Positions 1 to 8,726 of a stretch of DNA of 33,413 nucleotides are shown piece by piece. Origin of the DNA: Candidatus Aenigmatarchaeota archaeon (GTDB taxonomy: Archaea > Aenigmatarchaeota > Aenigmatarchaeia > CG10238-14 > SCSR01); assembly GCA_039000685.1 (NCBI GenBank), contig JAWBNW010000003.1, positions 1-33,413 on the forward strand. The letters run 5' to 3'. Positions within the stretch are counted from its first letter, which is position 1, and each line of letters starts with the position of its first letter. Made by a program: the position numbers and the translations under genes. The notes beneath the pieces are model-generated. The model was not told where the DNA came from and made no database searches. It saw nothing but the letters and a program-made list of their open reading frames with translations.

Positions 1-1166
1 CCGTAAGCGTTTAAAGCAGAGCTTAAGAGCTGCTTGTTATTGCTAAGGCTAAGGTACTCTAAAGTTTTATTCAAGTCTTTAAAAGTCTTAAAAGCTGAGT
101 CTGCTAAGCTTTGGTCTTCAACCCAGGCTTTAGCAAAGCTTACCCAAGTTGAATTACCATTCTGCTGAGGATAATTTTTAATAAAACTATCAGCCTGCTC
201 TTTGCTTAAGCCAGCCTCTTTATAAGGCTTCCTCTCTTGCTCAGGCTTATTGATGAGTTCATTCCAAGCAAGAGTTCCCAATAAAATTCCGGCTGCTCCT
301 CCAACCAAACCATACAACCATCTCTTCCTCCTACTCTTTTTATTCTTCTCTTCTGCATCTAAACTTTCACCATAGGCTCTTAAGGCAGGCATCAACATCA
401 TGCTCGCAGCTACAGGAGCAAGATTATTGAAATCTTTTAAAGCAGGCGCATTGTGGTTTAAAGAACTTTGCAGAGCATAAGCTACAGTAGGTAAAAAACA
501 AAAGGCCGCAAACGAGCTTCCATACAAAATCTTCTTATTTCTCTTTTTCCTCCCCACTTCGTCAAATCCTTTTTCAAACTCTCTGCTCAGTTTAACATCT
601 TGCCTAGCAAGCTCTTTAACTGCAATTTCCTTAGCTTTAAGAGCAACATCTTTATAAACAGCTTTAATTTCGTCAGCAAACTCAGAAAAAAGCTTTCTTT
701 CGCCTTTAGCAGAATAAATCCTGAAAACATTAGCAAGCTGGTTTGCAAGCATGAGAGCAGCTTCTTCCTTAGCTCTTTCCCACTCGTTTTCAAACAAGGC
801 TCTCATCGGATGAACTGATTCCAGTTTTTTCTCTAGAAAGTCAGCTGTTCTGAAAAGATAGCTCTCATCGTAAGACTTAGCAGAATAAAAAGCTCTTTCC
901 ATTTCTTCAGCTTTAGCAAGATCTTCAAACTGAAGCTTTCCAACCAAATCAGCAAGCTCTTTACTTGCTTTGAAATAATCTCCTATTACTGTAACAGAAG
1001 GCTTTCCAGAAGAGTCAAAGCTTATCGCTAAGTTGTCAGTTGTTATAGCTATGTTCTTGGAAGCAAGCTCTTCCAATCTAACTTTTGGAGAGAAAAGCTG
1101 CTTGGCAAAAATATTAAACTTTCCTTTTCCAAGACCCTTGCCCAAGCTTTGAAGGCTTAAAGCCAT
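1..1166 (-). CDS. Hypothetical membrane-anchored protein, >388 aa, 3' end beyond window (missing from ORF track)
   Basis: ATG at 1166 (MALSLQSLGKGLGKGKFNIFAKQ...). The frame reads open to the window edge (...LLSSALNAYG). Two basic-patch plus hydrophobic segments: RKKRNKKILYGSSFAAFCFLPTVAYAL and SRRKRWLYGLVGGAAGILLGTLAW. Confidence 0.85.
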   Translation of the reverse strand, partial: MALSLQSLGKGLGKGKFNIFAKQLFSPKVRLEELASKNIAITTDNLAISFDSSGKPSVTVIGDYFKASKELADLVGKLQFEDLAKAEEMERAFYSAKSYDESYLFRTADFLEKKLESVHPMRALFENEWERAKEEAALMLANQLANVFRIYSAKGERKLFSEFADEIKAVYKDVALKAKEIAVKELARQDVKLSREFEKGFDEVGRKKRNKKILYGSSFAAFCFLPTVAYALQSSLNHNAPALKDFNNLAPVAASMMLMPALRAYGESLDAEEKNKKSRRKRWLYGLVGGAAGILLGTLAWNELINKPEQERKPYKEAGLSKEQADSFIKNYPQQNGNSTWVSFAKAWVEDQSLADSAFKTFKDLNKTLEYLSLSNNKQLLSSALNAY

Positions 1167-1211
1167 CTATGTCACTATTTATAAGTGGCAATTTCTACTA
1201 TATAAAGATTT

Positions 1212-2471
1212 CTATTCTAACAACCACTTCCACAAAGGCTTACAAACTATCTTTTTATTCCCAAGCTTAATCTCATCTTCATAATCCCATGTTATCACAA
1301 GCAAATTTTTGCACTTCAGCTCATCACTTGCTTTTATTAAGGCTTTAATTTCCCTTTTCTCAATTTCATCTTTAGCTGAAGCATAAGTCGCTTGAATTAA
1401 CTGTTTAACTTTCAAACCTTCTTTCAAAACGAAATCCACTTCATTTTTTTGTTGATCTTTCCAGTAAAAGATTTCCACAAGCTTTCCCAGTTCTTTTTTC
1501 TTCAATTCGATGAAAACAAGGTTTTCAAGCTTTCTACCGATGTTATCTTCTACAAGTCCAACATCATTAACATAAACTTTTGGTATTGTAAGTAAAGATT
1601 TTTTTAAAGAAAAGCTGAACTTTCTCAAGCAAAAAGAGAAGAAAACTTCTTCAAGATATGAAAAGTATTGGTAAAGAGTTTTAATGCTCGCTTCTATCCT
1701 TCCTTTGAGTTGGTTAAAAATTCTGTTTAAAGAAAACTCTTTAGCAAAAGATTGTAAAACTGAATACAAAAGAAATCTTGCAACTTCGACATTTTCTATT
1801 CTATACCTTTCAACCAAATCTTTATAGAGCACAACATCAATATATTCTCTTGAAAAAGTTTTGTTGTCTATTTTTTTCAAGACAACTTGCGGGAAACCTC
1901 CTGTTGTCAAATATTTTTTGAGTAAGTTTTTAATTTTTCCCTCTTCTATACTTGAATACAATTTTTTTTGTTCAATTCCTTCTGTTTTCAAAAATTCTTT
2001 AAAACCGAAAGGAAAGACAACAACATCCAAGCTTCTTCCCCTCAATTGGGTTGCTATTTCTTTTGACAAAAGTTTCGAAGAAGATCCTGTGAGGAAAACA
2101 AAATATTTTTTCTTCTCTATTAAGCTGTAAACGAAAGATTGCCACCTCTCAAGGTTTTGAATTTCATCCAAGAAAATGTATTCAGGCTCTTTTCCATAAA
2201 CTTCTACATGCTTTTGTACACATTTGACCAAATCTTCTCTCTTCAGAGATTTAATTTCATCATCTTCAAAGTTTATGAAAAGATAATCTTCATCATCTAG
2301 ATTAAACTTCTTTATCAGACTGTAGAGAAAGAATGTTTTGCCAGATCTTCTCGGTCCTATCACAGAAAAACCAAATTCTTTTGTTGGATTTACAGAAATT
2401 AACCTTTCCACTATTTCTTGCTTTTTTATGCTTTCTTTTTTGTCTACAAAATACTTTTCCATATATTCCAT
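1212..2471 (-). CDS. AAA+ ATPase, AAA_14 + wHTH + DUF4143 family
   Basis: Walker A GPRRSGKT, Walker B IFLDEIQ, LTGSSSKLLSKEIATQLRGR, GGFP, EVDFV and C-terminal PLWKWLL. The start is more likely ATG 2471 or 2462 than 2531, given the TATA-like box at 2487-2494. Confidence 0.9.
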   Translation of the reverse strand: MEYMEKYFVDKKESIKKQEIVERLISVNPTKEFGFSVIGPRRSGKTFFLYSLIKKFNLDDEDYLFINFEDDEIKSLKREDLVKCVQKHVEVYGKEPEYIFLDEIQNLERWQSFVYSLIEKKKYFVFLTGSSSKLLSKEIATQLRGRSLDVVVFPFGFKEFLKTEGIEQKKLYSSIEEGKIKNLLKKYLTTGGFPQVVLKKIDNKTFSREYIDVVLYKDLVERYRIENVEVARFLLYSVLQSFAKEFSLNRIFNQLKGRIEASIKTLYQYFSYLEEVFFSFCLRKFSFSLKKSLLTIPKVYVNDVGLVEDNIGRKLENLVFIELKKKELGKLVEIFYWKDQQKNEVDFVLKEGLKVKQLIQATYASAKDEIEKREIKALIKASDELKCKNLLVITWDYEDEIKLGNKKIVCKPLWKWLLE

Positions 2472-2519
2472 TAGGGATAAACTTTTATTTAAATTTTTAG
2501 TCATTAGGGATAAACTTTT
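2469..2519 (-). promoter_or_regulatory. 18-bp direct repeat flanking a TATA-like box (putative operator)
   Basis: CATTAGGGATAAACTTTT at 2469-2486 and 2502-2519, with ATTTAAAT at 2487-2494 between them. Confidence 0.6.
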
Positions 2520-2579
2520 TAACCTTTTCATGTAGCGCTTATGTAACCAATAAAAGAAGGATCTTAATGAATAAAATGT

Positions 2580-3848
2580 TCAAAAAGGATTCAAAAGTAG
2601 CCACTTCCACAAAGGCTCACAAACTATTTTTCTTCCCCCAAATTTTATCTCATCTTCATAGTCCCAAGTTATCATCAACAAATTTTTACACTTAAGCTCT
2701 TCACTTGCTTTTATCAAAGCCTTTATTTCCCTCTTTTCAACTTCATCTCTACCAGAAGCATAAGTAACTTGAATTAATTGCTTTATTTTCAATCCTTCCT
2801 TCAACACAAAATCAACTTCCCCACTCACAACATCGAAATAATAAATTTCACAGTTTCCAAACCTTCTTTTAAGTTCTAGAAAAACAACATTTTCCATCAA
2901 CCTCCCCCAATCTGTAGAAAACCTTGGGGAAAAGAATTTTATCAAACCATTATCGATAACATAAACTTTCTTCTGTGTTTTTATGGTTTCTTTTAATTTC
3001 CTTTCAAACTTTTCAACAGAAAAAATCAAGAAAACGTCTTCCAGCATTTTCACAAACTCTATCACAGTATTTTTTGAAATTTTAATTCCTGAAGATGTTA
3101 ATAAGTTTTGCAGTTTTGAATAAGTATAGTAAGAAGAAAAATTTGAAACCAAAACCTTTGTCAAGAATTCGAGTGTCTTAATTTTTTTCACTTTGAACCT
3201 TTCAACTATGTCCTTGTAAAAAACACCATCTTTTATCGAAATTAGTAAATCTTGATAAAGTTGTGGCTTGAGAACAGGTTCTGGAAAACCACCATTTTCA
3301 ATATATTCGTTCAGCATTTTAAGCAAAATTCCTCTTTCAGCATAAATTGAGAACTTATTTTCTTCAAATTTCTTAGCTCTAAGAAACTCCTTGAAAGAGA
3401 AAGGAAAAACAAAAACACTTACAGCCCTTCCCCTCAATTGAGTAGCAATTTCTTTGCTCAAAAGTTTTGAAGAAGATCCTGTGAGAAAAATTCTGTAGCC
3501 TTTATCATAAAGCTCCCTCACACCAATTGGCCAATCTTTCACAACTTGTATTTCATCCAAAAACAAATTTTTTGGTTTTTCTCCATAAAGTTCTTGATAT
3601 GCAACAATCATATCATTGAAATTTTTGGCAGAAACACCAATTAAACTTCCTCTTTCAAAATTTATGAAAAGACAATCTTTCTTACCGATTTCTTTAATTT
3701 TTTGATAAATCAAGTATGTTTTGCCACTTCTCCTAGGCCCAACTATTGTTATAAGATTGTGTTCCGGAATTTCTATTTCTCTTTTCACTAATTCTGGAAG
3801 TTCGGATTTTTCGAATTCTGCTATAGCCGCTTTGAATTCCTCTTTCAT
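2580..3848 (-). CDS. AAA+ ATPase, AAA_14 + wHTH + DUF4143 family (paralog 2)
   Basis: GPRRSGKT, LFLDEIQ, LTGSSSKLLSKEIATQLRGR, GGFPE, EVDFV, PLWKWLL. ATG 3848 lies about 24 nt downstream of a TATA box. Confidence 0.9.
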   Translation of the reverse strand: MKEEFKAAIAEFEKSELPELVKREIEIPEHNLITIVGPRRSGKTYLIYQKIKEIGKKDCLFINFERGSLIGVSAKNFNDMIVAYQELYGEKPKNLFLDEIQVVKDWPIGVRELYDKGYRIFLTGSSSKLLSKEIATQLRGRAVSVFVFPFSFKEFLRAKKFEENKFSIYAERGILLKMLNEYIENGGFPEPVLKPQLYQDLLISIKDGVFYKDIVERFKVKKIKTLEFLTKVLVSNFSSYYTYSKLQNLLTSSGIKISKNTVIEFVKMLEDVFLIFSVEKFERKLKETIKTQKKVYVIDNGLIKFFSPRFSTDWGRLMENVVFLELKRRFGNCEIYYFDVVSGEVDFVLKEGLKIKQLIQVTYASGRDEVEKREIKALIKASEELKCKNLLMITWDYEDEIKFGGRKIVCEPLWKWLLLNPF

Positions 3849-3862
3849 AATGTATAGTATAG

Positions 3863-3888
3863 TGAACAAATATTTAAATTTTTGTTCA
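3863..3888 (-). promoter_or_regulatory. Inverted repeat flanking TATA box (putative operator)
   Basis: TGAACAAA-TATTTAAATT-TTTGTTCA. Confidence 0.55.
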
Positions 3889-3913
3889 GTACTCTTTTAT
3901 GAAAGTTGATTAA

Positions 3914-3978
3914 ATTCTAACAGCCACTTCCACAAAGGCTTACAAACTTTTCCATATATTCCATTAGGGATAAACTTT
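3914..3978 (-). pseudogene. Collapsed copy of the 1212-2471 ATPase gene (5' end fused to 3' end)
   Basis: 3914-3948 matches 1214-1248 with one mismatch. 3946-3978 matches 2453-2485 exactly. The two parts share ACT at the junction. Confidence 0.85.
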
Positions 3979-4000
3979 AAAAAAACAAAATCCATGCTTT

Positions 4001-4062
4001 TAAGCAACTTCCACAGCTTACACAATTTTCTTATTCTTTAACTTTGCTTCAATCAAAGCTTT
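4001..4062 (-). pseudogene. Degenerate remnant of a DUF4143 ATPase C-terminus
   Basis: Translates as KALIEAKLKNKKIV / KLWKLL with a frameshift, compared with KALIKAS...KLGNKKIVCKPLWKWLL in the intact genes. Confidence 0.55.
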
Positions 4063-4112
4063 AGGCTCAAGCCTTGCAAGCCAAACTAATCTCCACTATA
4101 TATAAAATATTT

Positions 4113-4532
4113 CTATTCTCTGTTTTTATTGTAACTACTTCTACCTGTTGAAAAAAGAAAGTTCAAAAGCTTCTTCACCACAAAACCTGTGATTAAAGCA
4201 CCGGCAACTGCTGCAGAAAGCTTGTAGGGCTCGGGTGCAAGATTGAAAGCATCTATTCCTGCCTTCAAACCAAAAAACACGGGAGCAACATAACCCAAAG
4301 CTTTAACCAATCTAGAAGGTTTGTAGTAAGGCTTAAGCTCGCCTTCCTCGTAAGAAATTCCGAGCTCACCAAGTTGGCGAACATTTGCACCAACGGCTGC
4401 GCTTTTCTTCCTATTTTTGAGATTGTATTTCCCTCTTCCAAAAAGTTCTATTTCTTCATTAACTGGATATCTTGCATTTCCAACTATGCTGCCACCTTCT
4501 ACTCCAACACTTGCCTCAAGATTCTCTCACAT
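4113..4532 (-). pseudogene. Small membrane protein gene with a nonsense codon at codon 2
   Basis: ATG(4532)-TGA-GAG-AAT..., then an open frame to TAG 4113 (ENLEASVGVEGGSIVGNARYP...LVKALGYVAPVFFGLKAG...). TTTAAA lies about 26 nt upstream of the ATG. There are two C-terminal hydrophobic helices. Confidence 0.65.
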
Positions 4533-4689
4533 AATTTTAAGGCGGGAAGTTAAAGATTTAAACCTTAGACTCAATTCACAGTTAATTTCTTTGCTGTTTT
4601 CCTAAGCCCAGAGATTAATTGACTATAAAAGTATTTAAAGATTAGTTAATTTCAAAACTTAATAGAAATAAAAAAACTAAATCAATTTC

Positions 4690-5169
4690 ATGAAACCAGA
4701 AAAAGATGCTTACGGCCAAGAAATATGGGCTTACTTTAAAGGAAAGGAAAGTTTCGAGATCGTAGAAAGAGATGACGGATATTTTGATGTATCCAGCGGC
4801 GCTAAATCGTATTTCTCTGAGTATAAAAATTGGCCAGCACATGAAAAGAAAGTCATGAAGTTTGTAAAAGGTAAAGTTTTGGATGTCGGGTGTGGTGCTG
4901 GCAGGCATACTATTTATCTCCAGAAGAAAGGTTTTGATGTTGTTGGAATTGACAACTCACCACTTGCTATAAAAATTTGTAGATTGAGAGGTTTGAAAAA
5001 AGCCAAAATTATGTCGATAACTGAAGTTGGTAAATTCAAACCAAATTTTTTTGACACGAGAATTATGATGGGGAATAATTTTGGGTTATTTGGTAGCTTT
5101 AAAAGGGCAAAGTTTCTCTTGAAAATCAAAGGAAACGGTATGAAAGTGTTAATTCTTCTAGTAAGATAG
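4690..5169 (+). pseudogene. Class I SAM-dependent methyltransferase, C-terminally truncated
   Basis: Motif [20 protein letters not shown] and [10 protein letters not shown]. The family-like sequence seems to stop near KRAKFLLK (~5125), so the Rossmann fold appears incomplete. Confidence 0.7.
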
Positions 5170-5369
5170 AATTTAATTTCACTATCTTTAAACAGGCTTT
5201 CGAATACTTGGAAATAAAATCAAACAGAGAACTTTCTTCTTTAATAGCTGCTTGATTCATTCCTGCTTCGGCCATTCAACTCACTTTTTCTTTCTTTTTC
5301 AGAATACCAACTCACTAACAGACTCACATACTTCGGCATTCTTTCCAAGACATCTCTATCCATAATGAA

Positions 5370-5539
5370 TCACTCTGTTGGTTTCCTAGTTTCTTCAGGT
5401 AAGTAAGACAATTTGGCAAGAACTTTCACTAACAATGCCCTAACTGTATCTGACCTTGCAGGATCTCTTCTGTTTTAGCTTTCTCTAGAGCCTGAAATAC
5501 TTCTTCTGGCAAGCATATTGATATCGTTTTAACTTTCAT
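5370..5539 (-). pseudogene. Ribbon-helix-helix (CopG-like) regulator, frameshifted
   Basis: MKVKTISICLPEEVFQALEKAK, then in a shifted frame RRDPARSDTVRALLVKVLAKLSYLPEETRKPTE*. This matches the RHH beta-strand/helix A/helix B pattern. Confidence 0.6.
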
Positions 5540-5606
5540 GAGTTCTACTGGTAAAATGTTAGTTTTAAATAATACTGTCAGGTATAACAACAATTGTTGA
5601 TAGTTT

Positions 5607-6020
5607 ATGCAACATCAAGAGATAGTAGAAGCAATACAAGTAGCTAGTAGGAATTGGAAATTATTGGAAAGACTCAACCAGAGTCGATATAATGTCACTA
5701 GAATAGCCAAAGAATTGAAGAAAGACAAATCAGTTGTTTCTAGAGATAAGGAACTGCGAAGACAGAGGCTTAGTTCAATCTATTTTTGGATCTGGAAAGG
5801 ATGGTGAAAGGTTAAATTTACAGAGCTAACAACAAAGGGTAAAAAAGTGATTGAAGCTATAAACCAAGTTAGCGATATAAGGGAAATCAAAAATTTGAAC
5901 TTACTGAGTTATATACTAACAGTAGAAGTTAAATCATCGAAAGATACAAAGCTATCTGAGAGTGAATTTAGAGAAAATATCCAGGAGAAATTAAAGAATA
6001 GACCAAAGAGAATTACTTAA
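5607..6020 (+). pseudogene. Winged-helix (MarR/ArsR-like) regulator with two frameshifts
   Basis: NVTRIAKELKKDKSVVSR, EDRGLVQSIFGSGKDGER and FTELTTKGKKVIEAINQ lie in successive frames, ending at TAA 6020. Confidence 0.65.
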
Positions 6021-6215
6021 TTTGATAGATTATTTTTCAGTTAGTTTAATAGTTTGTTTGGACGCATAACCATCAGATTATTACATAAATTGTTTATTTT
6101 ACCATTAATGTGCACAAAATAACAAAACATTTGGCAGATTATCTAAATAACAAGTTTATATGTTATATTTAAATCTTTTATCATATTAATTTCATTATAA
6201 TTTCATTAGGAGTAA

Positions 6216-7649
6216 GTGATCCTAATGAAATATGCAAAAAAAGAGATTTCGAATTGGTATGATGAAGTACTAGAGCGTGCTGATATTTTAGATAATAGAT
6301 ATCCTCTCAAAGGATGTTATGTGTGGAGGCCTTATGGTTGGCAGATTATGAAGAATATAATGAAGATATGGGACAATGCTCTAGTAAATTCTGGACACCA
6401 AGAAGCACGATTCCCCTTACTTATTCCAGAATCACTTTTTGGCAAAGAATCAAAACATCTACGCGGCTTTGAAGAGCAAGTTTATTGGGTTACTCGTGCA
6501 GGAAGAAGGGAACTAGATGAAAAATTAATCATTAGACCTACTTCGGAAACAGCAATATATCCCATGTATTCGTTGTGGATAAGATCTCATAAGGATTTAC
6601 CTCTGAGAATTTATCAAAACAGCAATGTAATGCGTTATGAATCCAAATCAACACGACCATTAATTAGAGACAGAGAAATATTCCCCTGGTTCGAAGCTCA
6701 TACTGCACATGCCACACTAGAAGATGCAGAAGAACAAATAAAGACAGAAATTAAAGTTTTAAAAGAAATTTTTAATAAATTGTCTCTGCCGTATTTAATT
6801 TTAAATAAGCCAAAATGGGAGTTATTTCCTGGAGCCATTTCGGCCATAGAGTTTTATTCTATTCTTCCAAACGGAGTTTTATTAGAAAATGGCAGTGTTA
6901 ATAATTTAGGTCAGGCATTTTCAAAGGTTTACGATATAAAATTCAGGAAACAAAATGATTCTTATGAATATGTGTGGCAAACTTGCACAGGTAATGGTGA
7001 AAGATTACTTGCAGCTGTTATACTAATCCATGGTGATGATTATGGTCTTGTTTTACCACCATCTATTGCACCAATCCATTCTGTAATTGTCCCTATACCC
7101 AAAAAAGGAAAACTCTTAAAAATAAAAGAGTTCTCTGAAGAGATTAACGAAAAATTAAATAGAATGCAAATAACTTCTTATTTAGATGTACGCAAAGAAA
7201 TAACACCTGGAGAAAAATTTTATGATTGGGATTTAAAAGGGGTTCCAACTAGAGTTGAAATTGGTGAGAAAGAAATTGAAAATGATGGACTAACAGTTTA
7301 TAGGAGGGATATACGTAAAAGAGTATTTATTCATTCTAATGAGATTAACAAATTTTTCTCCTCAGTTTTTGATGACATATCTAATTCTATGATGGCTAAG
7401 GCTATCAATAACACTGAATCACTTATAAAAATACTTTATAATTATGATGAATTAAGAAGAATGCTATCTGAAGGATATGTCGCAAAAATAAGTTTTTGCG
7501 GATCCAAAGAATGTAGTGATAAAATAAAGGATGATTTTGCAGCTGATGTTGTTGGTTTACTTTATGAAAACATTAGCATGGAAAAAGAAAATTGTATTGT
7601 GTGTGGCAAATCTTCTATAGGTCAAGCTATAGTTGGTAAAACATTCTGA
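6216..7649 (+). CDS. Divergent archaeal/eukaryal-type prolyl-tRNA synthetase paralog
   Basis: RPTSET, motif 2 RYESKSTRPLIRDRE, motif 3 QTCTGNGER, HGDD, anticodon domain LKGVPTRVEIG and Zn-ligand Cys pairs. Pocket motifs are non-canonical. AGGAG precedes GTG 6216; ATG 6225 is an alternative start. Confidence 0.9.
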   Translation: MILMKYAKKEISNWYDEVLERADILDNRYPLKGCYVWRPYGWQIMKNIMKIWDNALVNSGHQEARFPLLIPESLFGKESKHLRGFEEQVYWVTRAGRRELDEKLIIRPTSETAIYPMYSLWIRSHKDLPLRIYQNSNVMRYESKSTRPLIRDREIFPWFEAHTAHATLEDAEEQIKTEIKVLKEIFNKLSLPYLILNKPKWELFPGAISAIEFYSILPNGVLLENGSVNNLGQAFSKVYDIKFRKQNDSYEYVWQTCTGNGERLLAAVILIHGDDYGLVLPPSIAPIHSVIVPIPKKGKLLKIKEFSEEINEKLNRMQITSYLDVRKEITPGEKFYDWDLKGVPTRVEIGEKEIENDGLTVYRRDIRKRVFIHSNEINKFFSSVFDDISNSMMAKAINNTESLIKILYNYDELRRMLSEGYVAKISFCGSKECSDKIKDDFAADVVGLLYENISMEKENCIVCGKSSIGQAIVGKTF

Positions 7650-8665
7650 CTAATTTTTTGATATTTTTTCCGTTCAATTTTATGCGACCATATACATCTA
7701 CGCTTTGAATTTTTCATTATGTTAAAAAATTCTCTCATATTGTTCTTTATTTGTTTTAAACTACCTTTTCTAAGTAACACAAGTATGTTAATAGGGTTGT
7801 TGTCTGGAATCGGAAAAAAGCATTTTTTAAGTTTTCCGTCATGTGTTATTCTTAAAGCAAAAATACCATCTTGGCATGGGTAATTTGAACATTTTTTACA
7901 AAATTCAGCATAATAAATTCCATTTTTCGGATCTAAAAATAAAACTTTTGTACCATCTTGAAGAACGTATTTATCCATAGGAATGCCAATACCACCCAAA
8001 TGTTTTTCTAGCGTTATATTTTTTGCATATTTTTTAAATAACTTCTTAATTTTACTAAGTGGTATATATTCCTTCTGCCAAAATTCGAAGTTTGATAAAT
8101 TGTTTAACTCCATTATCTTAGCTGTAGCTCCAAGTTTTCCTATAAACCTAATCAGCCTTGGAAATTCTGATTTATTTGTGTTCATTGCTACGACATTTAT
8201 AATCATAGGCAATTTATATTTTTTACATGCATAAAGTCCTCTAATAACTTTTTCTAATCCATCAACACCTAACATATTTATAAATACTTTTTTATTTAGG
8301 GTATTTAGACTTACTGTAATAGAATCTAACCCAGCTTCTTTAAGGTCTTTTGCATATTTTTCAAGTAATATACCATTTGTTCCAAGATTAAGATTTTTAA
8401 TCCCATTAATTTTTCGGACCGATTTTACTATTTCTATTATATCGTCTCTTAAAAGAGGTTCTCCACCCGAAATTTTTATATGCTTAAAACCAACCCCCAC
8501 TCCAATTTTAACCAATTTTTTAATTTCATTAGGGGTCATGAAATTAGAGATATTATTAAAAAAATCTTCGCCACCAAGTGTGCAATAACTACATCTTGCA
8601 TTACAATATGGAGTTACTAAGACTCGTAGATGTGGAATTAAATTATGAGTTTTTCTAAGATACAT
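7622..8665 (-). CDS. MoaA-like radical SAM enzyme with twitch-type auxiliary cluster domain, function unknown
   Basis: CNARCSYC (CxxxCxxC), SGGEPLLR, TNG and C-terminal FCKKCSNYPC...LRITHDGKLKKC. GGAGG RBS upstream. No terminal GG. Confidence 0.85.
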   Translation of the reverse strand: MYLRKTHNLIPHLRVLVTPYCNARCSYCTLGGEDFFNNISNFMTPNEIKKLVKIGVGVGFKHIKISGGEPLLRDDIIEIVKSVRKINGIKNLNLGTNGILLEKYAKDLKEAGLDSITVSLNTLNKKVFINMLGVDGLEKVIRGLYACKKYKLPMIINVVAMNTNKSEFPRLIRFIGKLGATAKIMELNNLSNFEFWQKEYIPLSKIKKLFKKYAKNITLEKHLGGIGIPMDKYVLQDGTKVLFLDPKNGIYYAEFCKKCSNYPCQDGIFALRITHDGKLKKCFFPIPDNNPINILVLLRKGSLKQIKNNMREFFNIMKNSKRRCIWSHKIERKKYQKISQNVLPTIA

Positions 8666-8726
8666 TCACTAGAACCTCCTTTTTTACTTTATAAATTATA
8701 AAAGATTTAAATCTGTTAAATTATAA

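Noticed and set aside
1214-4062. Recurring CCACTTCCACAAAGGCT sequence as a CRISPR repeat
   Set aside because: The spacing is irregular, the sequence is coding (PLWKW), and there are no cas genes.
4527-4529. TGA recoding (Sec/Trp/Gly)
   Set aside because: TGA terminates core genes here (srp54, ftsY, rpl21e), and no SECIS-like evidence was seen.
6187-6208. Tandem TAATTTCATTA x2 upstream of the ProRS paralog
   Set aside because: It is short and low-complexity within very AT-rich DNA, so it cannot be separated from chance.
7622-8665. Calling the gene moaA or a viperin
   Set aside because: It lacks the terminal GG and several MoaA substrate residues. It retains an auxiliary Cys cluster motif, unlike viperins.
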